A DNA stretch of 64,000 nt from Actinomycetales bacterium (GCA_038223605.1 JBBRGX010000001.1:26953-90952); one strand, 5' to 3'; positions 47,817 through 59,910 are shown, numbered from the stretch's first letter. Notes: a model not told the origin generated them from the sequence alone. A program made the numbers and translations.

Positions 47817-49741
47817 GACCGCTCCGCCCTGGCGAGGGACTGCATCTCGTAAGCCGTCGCCAGCTCCCGGTAACCCTCGTCGCGCTCGAGCAGCTCGGCG
47901 TGGGTCCCGCGGTCGACCACCCGCCCCTGGTCGAGGTGGACGACCTCGTCGGCGAGCAGGACCGAGGACATCCGGTAGGCGACGAGCAGGACGGTCGGCG
48001 GCTCGGGGAGCTCGCGCCCAGGAACGGCGTCCACCCTGTTGCCGGCCCGAAGACCGGCGAGGATCGACTGCTCGACCTGCGGGTCGACGGCTGAGGTCGC
48101 ATCGTCCAGGACGAGCAGCCGCGGTCGGCGGACCAGCGCACGCGCGATCGCCAGGCGCTGGCGCTGACCGCCGGAGAGGTTCGCTCCGCGCTCCCCGAGC
48201 GGTGCGTCGAGCCCGCCCGGGAGCTCGCGAACCACGTCGTCGACGCGGGCAGCGCGCAGCGCCGCCCACACGGCGTTGTCGTCAGCGCCGTCCGCGTCGG
48301 CGAGCGTGACGTTGGCCCGGACGGTGTCCTCGAAGACGAAGGTCGTCTGCGGCACCAGGGCGACCTGGGCGGAGAGGTCGGCAGCGCGCACCTGCACCAG
48401 GTCGAGGCCGTCGAGGAGGATCTGCCCGGCGCTCGGGTCCTGCAGCCGGCTGAACAGGCCGGCGAGGGTGGTCTTGCCTGAGCCCGTCGGCCCGACGAGC
48501 GCGACGACCCGGCCGGGTGCGAGGTCGAGGTCGACCCCGCTGAGCAGCGTCCGCGGGCCGCCGGCGTCCCGCACCTCGACGCCGACACCTCTGACCCTGA
48601 CGTCCAGCCCGATGCGAGCCTCCGGGAGCCGCAGGGTCCCCGGTACCTGGTCGCTGCGGGCGTCGAGCACCCGGGCGATCCGGTCGTAGCCGACCAACGC
48701 CCTCGGCAGCTCCCCGAGCACCCAGCCGAAGGCCCGCACGGGCACCGCCATGAGGGTCAGCAGGTACGCGGCCGAGACGATGTCGCCGGTCTGCACGGCC
48801 CCGGCCTGGAGGCGGACGGCCCCGACGAGCAGGACAGCGAGGGTCCCGGCGCTCGGCAGCAGCTCGATCACCGGGTCGAAGGCCGCGCGCACCCTGCCGA
48901 CGCTGACGTTCGCGTCGCGCAAGGCGTTCGCCTGCTCGGCGAAGCGCCGCTCCTCGCGCGCTTCGGTGCCGAGCGACTTCACCAGCAGGGCCGCCTCGAA
49001 GCTCTCGTGGGCGACGTCGGCAACCTCGGCGCGCAGCTGCTGCGCCCGAGTGATCGCCGGCGACATGTACCGCTGGAAGACGAGGTTCGCCAGCACGGCG
49101 ACGGGCAGGACGGCCAGCGCGGTCAGCGCGAGCCAGAGGTCGACGCGCAGCAGCGCGACGGCGGCGACACCGATCATCACCACGACACCGAGGGCGAAGG
49201 GCAAGGGGTTGAAGACACCGGTCGCCGCCTCGACGTCCGAGCTCGCGTTCGCGAGGAGCTGGCCCGTCGGGTGCGCCCGGTGCCAGGAGATCGGCAGCCG
49301 CAGGTACTGCCGGGTGACCGCGCGCCGATGGCCGGCGCCGACGCTCGCGTAGCCCATCCCGGCGAAGATGCGCCGGCCGGCAACGGCCAGGGCGAGGGTG
49401 ATCGCCACCCCGAGCAGCGCCAGCCCGGCGAGCCAGATCCTGGCGCGCGCGTCGACGTCACCCCCGATGGCGGGCACGACGACGGAGTCGGTCACCGAGC
49501 CGAGCACCTGGCTGACCGCGACGGTGAGCGCCCCGAAGGCTGCCGAGGTCCCGATCGCGCCGATGTAGGTCCTGGGGTGAGCGGCGATGCCCCGCCAGAG
49601 GAGCCGCAGCCCACGCCGCAGGGGACCGCCGCTCAGCGCTGCGGCTCGGGCACCTGGACGCACACGTCTCCTCACGGTCCCAGCGGGATCGGCACCGGTT
49701 CTCGGCGCCACCGGCCCGATCAGGGGCCGGCGGGCACGCAC
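47813..49741 (-). CDS. ABC exporter, fused permease/ATPase (degenerate-site subunit)
   Basis: TMD plus GPTGSGKT, LSGGQRQR, non-canonical LDDAT and AYR. Start uncertain. Confidence 0.9.
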   Translation of the reverse strand: MRARRPLIGPVAPRTGADPAGTVRRRVRPGARAAALSGGPLRRGLRLLWRGIAAHPRTYIGAIGTSAAFGALTVAVSQVLGSVTDSVVVPAIGGDVDARARIWLAGLALLGVAITLALAVAGRRIFAGMGYASVGAGHRRAVTRQYLRLPISWHRAHPTGQLLANASSDVEAATGVFNPLPFALGVVVMIGVAAVALLRVDLWLALTALAVLPVAVLANLVFQRYMSPAITRAQQLRAEVADVAHESFEAALLVKSLGTEAREERRFAEQANALRDANVSVGRVRAAFDPVIELLPSAGTLAVLLVGAVRLQAGAVQTGDIVSAAYLLTLMAVPVRAFGWVLGELPRALVGYDRIARVLDARSDQVPGTLRLPEARIGLDVRVRGVGVEVRDAGGPRTLLSGVDLDLAPGRVVALVGPTGSGKTTLAGLFSRLQDPSAGQILLDGLDLVQVRAADLSAQVALVPQTTFVFEDTVRANVTLADADGADDNAVWAALRAARVDDVVRELPGGLDAPLGERGANLSGGQRQRLAIARALVRRPRLLVLDDATSAVDPQVEQSILAGLRAGNRVDAVPGRELPEPPTVLLVAYRMSSVLLADEVVHLDQGRVVDRGTHAELLERDEGYRELATAYEMQSLARAERS

Positions 49742-49842
49742 GGTCTGGTGCGGCTAGTCCATTCTAGTGGTTGCCACCGACGGCGCTCGGGCGACGTCCC
49801 GCGTCGGGACGCGCCAGGACCGGACGCGTGCGAGCATCAGGC

Positions 49843-50508
49843 ATGCCATGGCACCCCCGCGAACGCGCTGCCCTCCTCGACGCGCTCGCTGCCGTCGGTC
49901 CCGGTGCACCCACCTGCTGCGAGGGCTGGCGCAGCGAGCACCTGGCGGCCCACATCCTGCTGCGGGAGCGTGATCCGCTGACGGCCGCCGGGATCGTCGT
50001 GGCGCCCCTCGCCCGGCGCACGGAGCGGGTCACCCAGCAGACCGGAGATGCCGCCATCACACCCCAGGCCTGGTCGCGGCTCCTGGCGGAGGTCGGTGAG
50101 GGCCCGCCCTGGTGGAGCCCGCTCCGCCTCGCCGGGGACGACGTCCAGCTGCTGGAGCTGTTCGTGCACACGGAGGACGTGCGCCGCGGCCGCGGACCGA
50201 CGACCGCCCGGCTGCTGCCGCCGGGCGAGCGCGCAGCGCTGTGGCGTCGGCTACGGCTCGCCGCACGGGGCCTGTACCGCGAGAGCCCGGTCGGCGTCGT
50301 GCTCTCGCCCGACGACCTGACGGGCGAGGACAGCCGCGTGCGGCGCTCCCCCGTCCCGGGGAGCCCCGCGCACGACGTGATCGTCCGTGGCCCCGTCGGC
50401 GAGCTCGCCCTGCACGCCTTCGGGCGGTCGGCCGTCGCCCAGGTCGACGTGATCGGCCACCCCGATGCCGTCGCATCGATCGACTCCGGGCGCCCGCGCC
50501 AGGGCTGA
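49843..50508 (+). CDS. TIGR03085 / MDMPI-like metal-binding protein
   Basis: APT.CEGW...LAAH..LRE and FVHTEDVRR motifs. Confidence 0.82.
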   Translation: MPWHPRERAALLDALAAVGPGAPTCCEGWRSEHLAAHILLRERDPLTAAGIVVAPLARRTERVTQQTGDAAITPQAWSRLLAEVGEGPPWWSPLRLAGDDVQLLELFVHTEDVRRGRGPTTARLLPPGERAALWRRLRLAARGLYRESPVGVVLSPDDLTGEDSRVRRSPVPGSPAHDVIVRGPVGELALHAFGRSAVAQVDVIGHPDAVASIDSGRPRQG

Positions 50509-50528
50509 GCCCCAGGGGCGCCCAGGGG

Positions 50529-51299
50529 TCAGCGGACCTCGATGCCCGCCGCGCGCAGCCCGGCCTTGACCTCCGTGATGCTCAGGACCCCGAAGTGGAA
50601 GACGCTCGCGGCAAGGAGCGCGTCGGCGCCGGCCATGGCGGCCTCGACGAAGTGCGCGACCGTGCCGGCCCCGCCGGAGGCGATCAGCGGCACCGCGATG
50701 AGGGGACGGAAGTCGGCGAGCATCGCGAGGTCGAAGCCGCCGGTGGTGCCATCGGCGTCCATCGAGTTGAGCAGGACCTCGCCGGCCCCCAGGTCAACGG
50801 CACGTCGCGCCCACTCGATCGCGTCGAGGCCCGTCCCGCGCCGTCCGCCGTGCGTCGTCACCTCGTAGCCGGACGGCGTCGGCGGGCCGTCGACCACGCG
50901 ACGGGCATCGACCGAGAGCACGAGCACCTGGCTGCCGAAGCGCCGTGCGATCTCGGCGACGAGCTCGGGGCGGGCGATCGCCGCGGTGTTCACACCGACC
51001 TTGTCCGCCCCCGCGCGCAGCAGCCGGTCCACGTCGTCGGTCGACCGCACTCCTCCCCCGACGGTGAGCGGGACGAAGACCTCACCCGCCGTGCGACGCA
51101 CGATGTCATAGGTCGTCTCACGGTCCCCGGAGGACGCCGAGACGTCGAGGAAGGTGATCTCGTCCGCACCATCGGCGTCGTAGCGGCCGGCGAGCTCCAC
51201 CGGGTCTCCGGCATCGCGGAGGTCGGTGAAGTTGACGCCCTTGACGACGCGGCCGGCGTCGACGTCGAGGCAGGGGATGACGCGGACGGCGACGCCCAT
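50529..51299 (-). CDS. hisF: Imidazole glycerol phosphate synthase cyclase subunit
   Basis: [23 protein letters not shown] and ASGGAG. Confidence 0.96.
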   Translation of the reverse strand: MGVAVRVIPCLDVDAGRVVKGVNFTDLRDAGDPVELAGRYDADGADEITFLDVSASSGDRETTYDIVRRTAGEVFVPLTVGGGVRSTDDVDRLLRAGADKVGVNTAAIARPELVAEIARRFGSQVLVLSVDARRVVDGPPTPSGYEVTTHGGRRGTGLDAIEWARRAVDLGAGEVLLNSMDADGTTGGFDLAMLADFRPLIAVPLIASGGAGTVAHFVEAAMAGADALLAASVFHFGVLSITEVKAGLRAAGIEVR

Positions 51300-51300
51300 C

Positions 51301-52182
51301 TCACTTCTCCTTCGGGCCGCCGGTGGCGGCAAGGATGTCGACGACGAAGACGAGGGTCTGGCCGGCGAGCTCGTTGTCCGTCCCGGCGTAGCCGGAGCCG
51401 GGTGGGAGCACGAGCAGCACCTGCGAGCCCACCGTCTGCTCCACCAGACCCTGGTCCCAGCCGGCCGGGACCGAGCCGACACCGATCGGGAAGGCCGCCG
51501 GCAGCTTGCCGGGCGCCCACGTCGAGTCGAAGACGGTGCCGCCGGCCCAGCTGACTCCGGTGTACTGCACGGTCACCACCTGGCCGGCCTCCACCTGGGG
51601 ACCGTCGCCCCGGATGAGCGGCTGGGCGGTGATGTCGGTGGGGGGCGTCCCGTCGACGGGCATGGTGATCGTCGGCTCGCCGTCGGCGCGCAGTCTCACG
51701 GTCGGCAGGCCCGCCCGCGGCTCCACCACGGTGCCCGCCGCGCGGGTGGGCAGCAGGTCGAAGACGGCCACCGTCTGCGGGGCGTCCTGCGCGGCCGGGA
51801 GGACCTGCAGGATCCGCGCGCCGACGTGGTGTCCCGCGAGGGCGTCGTAGATGTCCTGGCCGACGGAGTCGACGGTGAGGACGTAGGCGCGCGGAGCTGC
51901 GGAGTACGTGTCCCCGATGACCGAGGCGTCGACGCCCGACTCGGCGAAGTAGTTCACCAGGACGACGTCGCCCTGCCCGACCTGGGGCCCGGTCCCTTCG
52001 GCGAGGACCTCGACCCTGGCGGAGGCAACCGTCAGCGGCGTCGCGAAGGTCAGGGTCGGGGCCGTCCCGAGCGTGCCGGTCACCGTGACCGGGTCGACGG
52101 AGGTCGGGGTCGTCGTGCATCCCGTCGTCACGGCGACCATGGCGACCAGTGCCAGCACGGCAGCCAGGACACGTCCTCGCAC
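51301..52182 (-). CDS. FKBP-type peptidyl-prolyl isomerase, probable lipoprotein
   Basis: Lipobox-like VTTGC; VQYTG...FDSTW, GWDQGL and TLVFVVDIL; GAGGAGGAG RBS. Confidence 0.88.
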   Translation of the reverse strand: MRGRVLAAVLALVAMVAVTTGCTTTPTSVDPVTVTGTLGTAPTLTFATPLTVASARVEVLAEGTGPQVGQGDVVLVNYFAESGVDASVIGDTYSAAPRAYVLTVDSVGQDIYDALAGHHVGARILQVLPAAQDAPQTVAVFDLLPTRAAGTVVEPRAGLPTVRLRADGEPTITMPVDGTPPTDITAQPLIRGDGPQVEAGQVVTVQYTGVSWAGGTVFDSTWAPGKLPAAFPIGVGSVPAGWDQGLVEQTVGSQVLLVLPPGSGYAGTDNELAGQTLVFVVDILAATGGPKEK

Positions 52183-52248
52183 AGCGCTCCTCCTCGCGGG
52201 CCCGGGGGTGGCCCGATCAACCCGGGACACTGTAGTCGGCGGCCGAGG

Positions 52249-53610
52249 TCAGAGGCTCTCCAGCAGCCGGTCCACCCGCTCGTCGACGCTGCGGAACGGG
52301 TCCTTGCAGAGCACCGTCCGCTGGGCCTGGTCGTTGAGCTTCAGGTGCACCCAGTCGACCGTGTAGTCGCGGCGCGCCGCCTGCGCGCGCCGGACGAAGT
52401 CGCCGCGGAGCTTGGCCCGGGTCGTCTGGGGCGGGACGGCCGTCGCCTCGAAGACCTCGACGTCGGAGACGACCCGGTCGACGAGACCGCGGTCGGCCAT
52501 CAGGTTGTACAGCCCCTCGCTGCGTGAGATGTCGTGGTAGGCGAGGTCGAGCCGGGTCACCCTCGGGTCCTCGAGGCCGAGCCCGTGCTTGGCGCGGTAC
52601 CGCTCGATGAGCCGCAGCTTGATGACCCAGTCGAGCTCGCGCTCCACGGAGGTGAGGTCGCCGGACCGCAGGGCCGTGAGCCCGCGGCGCCACAGGTCGA
52701 GCGTCCGGTCGATGATCGGCGAGGGGTCCAGCTCGTTGTCCACATGCGCCTGGACGCGCTCGAGGTACTCGTCCTGGACGTCAAGGGCGGTCACGGTGCG
52801 TCCGGTCGAGAGGGCGACCGGCGCCCTGCCGGTGAGGTCGTGGCTGATGTCACGGATCGCCCGCATCGGGTTCTCCATGCTCAGGTCCCGCATCGGCACG
52901 CCGGCCTCGATGAGGCGTAGGACGAGGTCCGTCGCACTCACCTTGAGCAGCGTCGTCGTCTCGGACATCGAGGAGTCGCCGACGATCACGTGCAGCCGGC
53001 GGAACTGCTCGGCGTCGGCATGCGGCTCGTCGCGCGTGTTGATGATCGGCCGCGAGCGGGTCGTCGCGCTGGAGACCGACTCCCAGATGTGGTCGGCCCG
53101 CTGCGAGAGCGTGTAGATCGGCCCCTGCGGGGTCGGCAGCACCTTGCCGGCGCCCGTGAGCACCTGGCGCGTGATGAGGAAGGGGACGAGCACGTCGGCG
53201 AGGCGCCCGAAGTCGCCCTGCCGACGCACCAGGTAGTTCTCGTGGCAGCCGTAGGAGTTGCCTGCGGAGTCGGTGTTGTTCTTGAAGAGGTGGATCCTCC
53301 CGGGGACGCCCTCGAGCTCGAGGCGGGCCTGCGCGTCCTCGACGAGTCCCTCGAGCACGCGCTCGCCGCCCCTGTCGTGCGCGATGAGCTGGGCGACGTC
53401 GTCGCACTCGGCGGTCGCGTACTCAGGGTGCGAACCGACGTCGAGATAGAGCCGCGAGCCGTTGCCGAGGAAGACGTTCGAGCTGCGGCCCCAGGCGACG
53501 ACCTTGCGGAACAGGTACCGCGCGACCTCGTCCGCTGACAGCCCCCGGCCGCTCGCGACGGCGCAGGTGACGCCGTACTCGGTCTCCAGGCCGAAGATCC
53601 GCCGATCCAT
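52249..53610 (-). CDS. pafA: Pup--protein ligase
   Basis: [42 protein letters not shown] and QTTRA. Confidence 0.96.
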   Translation of the reverse strand: MDRRIFGLETEYGVTCAVASGRGLSADEVARYLFRKVVAWGRSSNVFLGNGSRLYLDVGSHPEYATAECDDVAQLIAHDRGGERVLEGLVEDAQARLELEGVPGRIHLFKNNTDSAGNSYGCHENYLVRRQGDFGRLADVLVPFLITRQVLTGAGKVLPTPQGPIYTLSQRADHIWESVSSATTRSRPIINTRDEPHADAEQFRRLHVIVGDSSMSETTTLLKVSATDLVLRLIEAGVPMRDLSMENPMRAIRDISHDLTGRAPVALSTGRTVTALDVQDEYLERVQAHVDNELDPSPIIDRTLDLWRRGLTALRSGDLTSVERELDWVIKLRLIERYRAKHGLGLEDPRVTRLDLAYHDISRSEGLYNLMADRGLVDRVVSDVEVFEATAVPPQTTRAKLRGDFVRRAQAARRDYTVDWVHLKLNDQAQRTVLCKDPFRSVDERVDRLLESL

Positions 53611-53613
53611 CCC

Positions 53614-54333
53614 TCAGTCCTGCCCGCCGTCGAGGCCCTCAGGGGCGGGGAGCATCGACGCGAGCGTCGCGGCGGACAGCCGCCGGAACGCGCGCCGCGC
53701 GGGGCCGCGATCGAGCACGGCGACCTCGAGCTGAGCCGGGCCGAGGACGCGCGGCTCCGCGTCGGCCTGGTCGGCCAGCACGCGCACCGCCAGGGCGACC
53801 GCTTCGCCGAGCTCGAGGCCGGGGCGCCAGCCCTCGGCGAGCAGCTCGGAGACGCGCTCGGCCTGGCCGCCCATCGCCACGTAACCGTGCTCGTCACTGA
53901 CGGATCCGTCATAGGACAGCCGGTAGATCTGGTCACCGCTCTGGTCGGTCCCGACCTGGGCCACGACGATCTCGACCTCGAGCGGCTTGGCCTCGGTGGT
54001 GAAGACCGTGCCCAGCGTCTGGGCGTAGGCGTTGGCCAGTCCTCTCGCGTTCACGTCCGAACGGTCGTAGGAGTAGCCTCGCAGGTCGGCGTACCGGACC
54101 CCCGCCACGCGCAGGTTCTCGAACTCGTTGTACTTGCCGACGGCCGCGAAGCCGATCCGGTCGTAGATCTCGGAGATCTTGTGCAGCGCGCGGGACGGGT
54201 TCTCGGTCGCGAAAGCGATGCCGTCCGCACAGGCGAGCACCACGACGGACCGTCCGCGGGCGATGCCCTTGCGGGCATAGTCCGCGCGGTCCTTCATGAC
54301 CTGCTCGGGCGAGACGTAGAAGGGCATGCTCAC
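53614..54333 (-). CDS. prcA: 20S proteasome alpha subunit
   Basis: [19 protein letters not shown] and KISEIYDRI. Confidence 0.96.
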   Translation of the reverse strand: MSMPFYVSPEQVMKDRADYARKGIARGRSVVVLACADGIAFATENPSRALHKISEIYDRIGFAAVGKYNEFENLRVAGVRYADLRGYSYDRSDVNARGLANAYAQTLGTVFTTEAKPLEVEIVVAQVGTDQSGDQIYRLSYDGSVSDEHGYVAMGGQAERVSELLAEGWRPGLELGEAVALAVRVLADQADAEPRVLGPAQLEVAVLDRGPARRAFRRLSAATLASMLPAPEGLDGGQD

Positions 54334-55148
54334 AGGTGCTGACCTCCTGGCCCTCGTCGGGAGTCCTCGACCGCTGCCGCGACCTCGGCGAGCTCGTCCT
54401 GCCCGACGGCACGGTAGCCATCGGGGCCGACGACGGCGACCACCGGCCAGATCCGCCGGAGGCTGTCGGGCCCGCCGGTCGCCGAGTCGTCGTCGGCGGC
54501 GTCGACGAGCGCGTGCACCGCGACCCGGACGGCCGCCGCACGGTCGAGCTCGGGCTGCCAGAGCTTCTTCAGCGAGCCACGGGCGAACACGGCGCCCGAG
54601 CCGATCGCATGGTGCTCGGTCTCCTCGTAGCGACCACCGGTCACGTCGTAGGAGAAGATCCGACCGAGGCGCCGATCGGCGTCGTAGCCGCAGAAGAGCG
54701 GGACGACCGCCAGCCCTTGCATCGCCAGGCCGAGGCTCCCGCGCACCATCGTCGCGAGCCGGTTGGCCTTGCCGTCGAGGGAGAGCGGGGTGCCCTCGAT
54801 CTTCTCGTAGTGCTCGAGCTCGAGCTGGAAGAGACGGACGAGCTCCAGCGCGAGGCCTGCCGTGCCGGCGATCCCGATCGCCGAGGTGTCGTCGGCGGCG
54901 AACACCTTCTCGATGTGCCGGCTCGCGATCATCGATCCCGCCGTCGCCCGGCGGTCACCCGCCATCACCACGCCGCCGGCGAAGGTCAGCGCGACGATCG
55001 TCGTCGCGTGCGGGACGGGCAGGTCGCCGAAGGGCCCGGCCAGGACGCCCTGCAGGCGGGACGGGTCGTGCGCGGCGAGGAAGTCGATGAAGGAAGACGT
55101 GCCCGGGGTCATGAAGGACCGCGGCAGGCGACCGGGTGCATCAGGCAT
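54330..55148 (-). CDS. prcB: 20S proteasome beta subunit
   Basis: Propeptide then PHA/TTIVA (Thr1), AGDRRAT, GSG and DDDSATGG. Confidence 0.96.
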   Translation of the reverse strand: MPDAPGRLPRSFMTPGTSSFIDFLAAHDPSRLQGVLAGPFGDLPVPHATTIVALTFAGGVVMAGDRRATAGSMIASRHIEKVFAADDTSAIGIAGTAGLALELVRLFQLELEHYEKIEGTPLSLDGKANRLATMVRGSLGLAMQGLAVVPLFCGYDADRRLGRIFSYDVTGGRYEETEHHAIGSGAVFARGSLKKLWQPELDRAAAVRVAVHALVDAADDDSATGGPDSLRRIWPVVAVVGPDGYRAVGQDELAEVAAAVEDSRRGPGGQHL

Positions 55149-55154
55149 CGCGGT

Positions 55155-55337
55155 TCACTGACCGCCCTTCTGCACGAACCCGCGCACGAAGGACTCCGCG
55201 TTCGTCTCCAGCACGTCGTCGATCTCGTCGAGAAGGGCGTCGACCTCGGCATCACGCGCCTGCGGCGCAGCAGCGGCCACCGGTGCGTCGTCGGGGGCCG
55301 GGTCCTCGTCGTGGCGGCGCTGGTGCTCCTGTGCCAT
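55155..55337 (-). CDS. pup: Prokaryotic ubiquitin-like protein (GGQ type)
   Basis: LLDEIDDVLE.NAE.FV..FVQKGGQ. Confidence 0.97.
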   Translation of the reverse strand: MAQEHQRRHDEDPAPDDAPVAAAAPQARDAEVDALLDEIDDVLETNAESFVRGFVQKGGQ

Positions 55338-55425
55338 TGCTGACCTCCCGGTGCGTGACGACGGCCGCCCGGGGGCGACCCTTGCTCACGATCCTAGGCG
55401 CGCGCATGCCCCGGGCGCGTCGGGC

Positions 55426-57054
55426 TCACCCGCCGGTCAGCCGCCCGACGAGGGTTGCCACGTCGGGCGAGGAGTCGAGCAGAGCGCCCACCTGGGCCTT
55501 CGTCCCTCGCCACGGGTCGCGCAAGGGGATGCGGCACAGCGACGGCAGGCTCGGGACGTCCAGCACGACGGCGTCCCAGCTCGCCGCCCGCACGTAGGGC
55601 GCGAACCGGCGAACGACCGTCCCCCGGAAGTAGGCGCGGGTGTCCTCCGGTGGCGAGGTCACGGCCCGCGCGACCTCGTCGTCCCCGACGAGCCGTTCGA
55701 CGGCCCCGGCGGCCACGAGCCGGTGGTAGAGGCCGCGCTCGGGGCGCACGTCGGACCACTGGATGTCCATCGCGGCCAGGCGCGGGTGGTCCCAGGCGAG
55801 GTGGTCGCGGCTGCGCATCCCTTCCAGCAGCCGCAGCTTGGCCACCCACTCGACCTCTCGGGCGCAGGAGCCCGGGTCCGTGCGCAGCCGCACGAGGACC
55901 GATGCCCACCTCTCGACGGCCTCTGCGGTCGCGGGGTCCGCACCGCCGTCGTCGTCGAGGGCGGTGCGCACGGCCGCCAGGCAGGCCTCCTGCACCTCGA
56001 GAGCCGTGAGCCGTCGCCCGTCGGCGAGCTCGACCTGCACGCGCAACGACGGGTCGCGGCTCACCTGGTGCACGGCCCCGACCGGGTCGGCAAGCGTGAG
56101 CGCTGCGAGGGCTGCGGGCACCTGCGGCCCGTCCCGCTCGAGCAGCCACAGCATGAGTGCCGTCGTCGCGACCCTGAGGTAGGTCGCGACCTCGAGCATC
56201 GTCGCGTCGCCGAGGATCAGGTGCAGTCGTCGCCACCGCAGGCGGTCGGCGTGCGGCTCGTCGCGCGTGTTGACGATCGGTCGCCGCAGCGTCGTCTCGA
56301 GACCGACCTCGGCCTCGATGTAGTCCGCGCGCTGGGAGAGCTGGAAGCCGGGGAGCTGACCCGTCTGACCGAGGCCGACGCGGCCGGCACCGGCGAAGAC
56401 CTGCCGAGTGACGAGGAAGGGCGTGAGCCCGTGCACCAGGGTCGCGAAGGGGAGGTCGCGGTCCACGAGGTAGTTCTCGTGCGTCCCGTACGAGGCGCCC
56501 TTGCCGTCGACGTTGTTCTTGTAGAGCGCGACGTCCGGCATCCCCGGGGTCGAGGCCAGCGCGCGCACCGCCGCGAGCATCACTCGCTCCCCCGCCTTGT
56601 CCCAGACGACCGCGTCACGCGGGTTGGTCACCTCCGGCGAGGAGTACTCCGGGTGGGCGTGGTCGACGTAGAGCCGCGCGCCGTTGGTGAGGATGCTGGT
56701 CGCGGCGCCGGGGTCCTCCCGGTCGAGGCGGGCCGGCCGGGCCATCGCCGTCATGCCGAGATCGGCACTCTCGGGTGCGTCCGGCGCGTCGGCACCAGGG
56801 CCGGCGGGAGCTGCCAGGAGCGGGTCGTCCGTCAGCAGGGAGGGATGGGCCGACGCGCGATCGAGCCGGAAGCCGCGGGCGTCGGCGAGCGGGTCCTCGT
56901 CGCTGTAGTCCCACAGCGTGTGGCCCTCGCCCTCGGCGACGGCGGCGTAGGCCGCCACCACATGGCTGGACAGGAGCATCGGGTTCGCGTACGGGCGCCC
57001 CGGCTCGAGGACGCCGTACTCCGTCTCGATCCCCATCACGCGGCGCACGCTCAC
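55426..57054 (-). CDS. dop: Depupylase/deamidase
   Basis: RVMGIETEYG, YVDHAHPEYS, GTHENY and PPEDTRAYFRG. Confidence 0.95.
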   Translation of the reverse strand: MSVRRVMGIETEYGVLEPGRPYANPMLLSSHVVAAYAAVAEGEGHTLWDYSDEDPLADARGFRLDRASAHPSLLTDDPLLAAPAGPGADAPDAPESADLGMTAMARPARLDREDPGAATSILTNGARLYVDHAHPEYSSPEVTNPRDAVVWDKAGERVMLAAVRALASTPGMPDVALYKNNVDGKGASYGTHENYLVDRDLPFATLVHGLTPFLVTRQVFAGAGRVGLGQTGQLPGFQLSQRADYIEAEVGLETTLRRPIVNTRDEPHADRLRWRRLHLILGDATMLEVATYLRVATTALMLWLLERDGPQVPAALAALTLADPVGAVHQVSRDPSLRVQVELADGRRLTALEVQEACLAAVRTALDDDGGADPATAEAVERWASVLVRLRTDPGSCAREVEWVAKLRLLEGMRSRDHLAWDHPRLAAMDIQWSDVRPERGLYHRLVAAGAVERLVGDDEVARAVTSPPEDTRAYFRGTVVRRFAPYVRAASWDAVVLDVPSLPSLCRIPLRDPWRGTKAQVGALLDSSPDVATLVGRLTGG

Positions 57055-57123
57055 CGAGCAAGGATAGGCGTCGCTCCGAGGGCGACCGCCGTCCGTCGAT
57101 CCCCTGCCGGACGCGCCCGCCTG

Positions 57124-58794
57124 CTACAGGTACTGCCCCGTCGGGGTGATCGACTCGATCGTCCGGCCGCTGCCGGGGCCGAGCTTGCCCTGGACGATCG
57201 TGCGGATGAAGACGATCCGCTCACCCTTCTTCCCCGAGATCCGTGCCCAGTCGTCGGGGTTCGTGGTGTTCGGCAGGTCCTCGTTCTCCTTGAACTCCTC
57301 GACGCAGGCACCGAGGAGGTGCTCGACGCGGATCCCCCGTTGCCCGGTCGCCAGGACCGCCTTGATCGCCGACTTCTTGGCCCGGTCGACGATGTTCTGG
57401 ATCATCGCCCCGGAGCTGAAGTCCTTGAAGTACAGGACCTCCTTGTCGCCGGAGGCATAGGTGACCTCGAGGAACTGGTTCTCGGGGCTCTCGGCATACA
57501 TCCGCTCGACGGTGCGCTCGATCATCGCCGCGACCGTCGTCGCGGTGTCGCCGCCGTGCTCGGCGACGTCGTCCTGGTGCAGCGGGAGGTCGGCCAGCAG
57601 GTACTTCGCGAAGATGTCCTTGGCCGCCTCGGCGTCCGGCCGCTCGATCTTGATCTTCACGTCGAGACGTCCCGGCCGCAGGATCGCCGGGTCGATCATG
57701 TCCTCGCGGTTGGAGGCACCGATGACGATGACGTTGTCCAGCCGCTCGACGCCGTCGATCTCCGCCAGCAGCTGCGGAACGATCGTCGTCTCGACGTCGG
57801 AGGAGATACCCGTCCCGCGGGTACGGAACAGGGACTCCATCTCGTCGAAGAAGACCACGACGGGTGAACCCTGAGATGCCTTCTCCCGTGCGCGGGCGAA
57901 GATCAGCCGGATGTGCCGCTCCGTCTCGCCCACGTACTTGTTGAGCAGCTCGGGGCCCTTGATGTTGAGGAAGTAGCTCGTCCCGGGAGTGCCGTCCGGC
58001 GAGCGCCCCCTGGTCTCGGCGAGCGACCGGGCGACGGCCTTGGCGATCAGCGTCTTCCCGCATCCGGGAGGGCCGTAGAGGAGCACACCCTTGGGCGCCC
58101 GCAGCCCGTGCTCGCGGTAGAGCTCCGGGTGCGAGAACGGGAGCTCGACGGCATCGCGGATCTGCTCGATCTGGGACCCGAGCCCACCGATGTCCTCGTA
58201 GGTGATGTCCGGCACCTCCTCCAGGACCAGCTCCTCCACCTCGGAGCGAGGGATGCGCTCGAAGACGAACCCGGAGCGGGTCTCGACGGTCAGCGCGTCG
58301 CCGACCCGGACGGGGCTGTCCAGCAGGGCGCCGGCGAGCCGGACGACACGCTCGTCGTCGGAGCGGCCGACGACCAGCGCACGGTCGTGGTCGAGCAGCT
58401 CCTTGACGGTGACGATCTCGCCGACCATCTCGTAGGCGCCGACCTCGACGACCGTCAACGCCTCGTTGAGCTTGACCTCCTGGCCGGGGCGCACCGTCGA
58501 CAGGTCGACGGCCGGCGAGGCCTGCACGTGCATCTTGCGACCGGCGGTGACGATCTCGACAGAGCCGTCCTCGCGCGCGGCGAGGAAGGTCGCGAAGGTG
58601 GCCGGCGGCTTGCCGAGGTCCTCGAGCCGCTGCTGCAGCTCGACGATGGTGTCGCGCGCCTGGCGGAGCGCCTCGGCGAGGCGCTCGTTCTTCAGCCCGA
58701 GCGCGTCCGCGCGCCGCGCGGAGTCGGCAGCTGCTGACCAGGGTCGGTAGGCGTCGTCGCCCTGAGGGGTGGAGTGATCCGGCGTCTGGCTCAT
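57124..58794 (-). CDS. arc: Proteasome-associated AAA ATPase
   Basis: Coiled coil and OB domains, [20 protein letters not shown] and C-terminal GQYL. Confidence 0.96.
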   Translation of the reverse strand: MSQTPDHSTPQGDDAYRPWSAAADSARRADALGLKNERLAEALRQARDTIVELQQRLEDLGKPPATFATFLAAREDGSVEIVTAGRKMHVQASPAVDLSTVRPGQEVKLNEALTVVEVGAYEMVGEIVTVKELLDHDRALVVGRSDDERVVRLAGALLDSPVRVGDALTVETRSGFVFERIPRSEVEELVLEEVPDITYEDIGGLGSQIEQIRDAVELPFSHPELYREHGLRAPKGVLLYGPPGCGKTLIAKAVARSLAETRGRSPDGTPGTSYFLNIKGPELLNKYVGETERHIRLIFARAREKASQGSPVVVFFDEMESLFRTRGTGISSDVETTIVPQLLAEIDGVERLDNVIVIGASNREDMIDPAILRPGRLDVKIKIERPDAEAAKDIFAKYLLADLPLHQDDVAEHGGDTATTVAAMIERTVERMYAESPENQFLEVTYASGDKEVLYFKDFSSGAMIQNIVDRAKKSAIKAVLATGQRGIRVEHLLGACVEEFKENEDLPNTTNPDDWARISGKKGERIVFIRTIVQGKLGPGSGRTIESITPTGQYL

Positions 58795-58875
58795 GGTGCC
58801 TCCCGCTGCAAGTACGGCCCAGCCTAGGTGCACGCCCCGACACGGGCGCGTCGGCTCCGGGCTGTGGGTCGCGCC

Positions 58876-59910
58876 CTACTGCTGCGCGTCGTCCTCGGGG
58901 TCGACCTCGTCCGGCGCACCGGAGGGCACCGGCCCGGCTCCGAGATCACGGCGGACCCGGCGGACCTTCTTGTCCGAGACCGCCCGCTCACCGAGCTCCT
59001 CCGAGGTCCACTCGGTGTCGACGGGATAGCCCTTCGACGGCCGGCGGCGGCGCTCGGGCACAGGCACTCCCTGAGCCATCCGGCGGGTGATGAGCAGGAA
59101 GCCCGTGTGACCGACCATCCGGTGGTCGGGACGAACGGCGAGGCCTTCCAGGTGCCAGGTGCGGACCATCGTCTCGAAGGCCTGCGGCTCGGTGAACCGG
59201 CCGTCGTCGCGAAGGTCCTCGGCGAGCCGCGACAGCTGGGTTGTCGTGGCGACGTAGGCGACGAGCACCCCGCCGGGCGCGAGCGCGCCGGCGACGGCCT
59301 CGACGTTCTCCCACGGAGCGAGCATGTCGAGCACGACGCGGTCGACGGAGCCCTCCGGGAGGGCGTCCAGGACGTCGGCGAGGTCCCCGAGGCTCAGCGT
59401 CCACGCGGGATGGGGTCCGCCGAAGAAGCCCTCGACGTTCGCGCGGGCGATGGCGGCGAAGTCCTCCCGGCGCTCGATCGAGTGGAGAGATCCCGCGTCG
59501 CCGACGGCCCGCAGCAGGTTCAGCGTGAGCGCCCCGGAACCGACCCCGGCCTCCACGACGCGAGCGCCAGGGTAGATGTCGGCCATCGCGACGATCTGGC
59601 CGGCGTCCTTCGGGTAGACGACAGCCGCACCGCGCGGCATCGAGAGCGTGTAGTCCGCGAGGAGCGGACGCATCGCGAGGTAGGCGGTACCACCGGAGGA
59701 GGTGACGACGCTCCCCTCCGGCTGCCCGATCAGCGCATCGTGCTGGAAGTAGCCGCGGTGGGTGTGGAAGGACGCCCCGGCGGCGAGGGTGATGGTGTGC
59801 AGGCGACCGCGCGGGTCGGTGAGCTGGACGCGCTCGCCCTCGCGCAGGGGGCCGCGCCGCAACGCGGCACCGGTGGCCTCGGCCGGCGCGGGCATCGGGG
59901 GGGTGGTCAT
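58876..59910 (-). CDS. trmI: tRNA (adenine-58-N1) methyltransferase
   Basis: MPRGA.V.YPKD, EAGVGSG, LDMLAPW and HTGFL. Confidence 0.93.
   Translation of the reverse strand: MTTPPMPAPAEATGAALRRGPLREGERVQLTDPRGRLHTITLAAGASFHTHRGYFQHDALIGQPEGSVVTSSGGTAYLAMRPLLADYTLSMPRGAAVVYPKDAGQIVAMADIYPGARVVEAGVGSGALTLNLLRAVGDAGSLHSIERREDFAAIARANVEGFFGGPHPAWTLSLGDLADVLDALPEGSVDRVVLDMLAPWENVEAVAGALAPGGVLVAYVATTTQLSRLAEDLRDDGRFTEPQAFETMVRTWHLEGLAVRPDHRMVGHTGFLLITRRMAQGVPVPERRRRPSKGYPVDTEWTSEELGERAVSDKKVRRVRRDLGAGPVPSGAPDEVDPEDDAQQ

Noticed and set aside
55351-57867. Long antisense ORFs (also 17887-20745, 33353-35674, 26837-29134)
   Set aside because: They lie opposite well-supported genes and are typical stop-poor shadows of high-GC codon usage.
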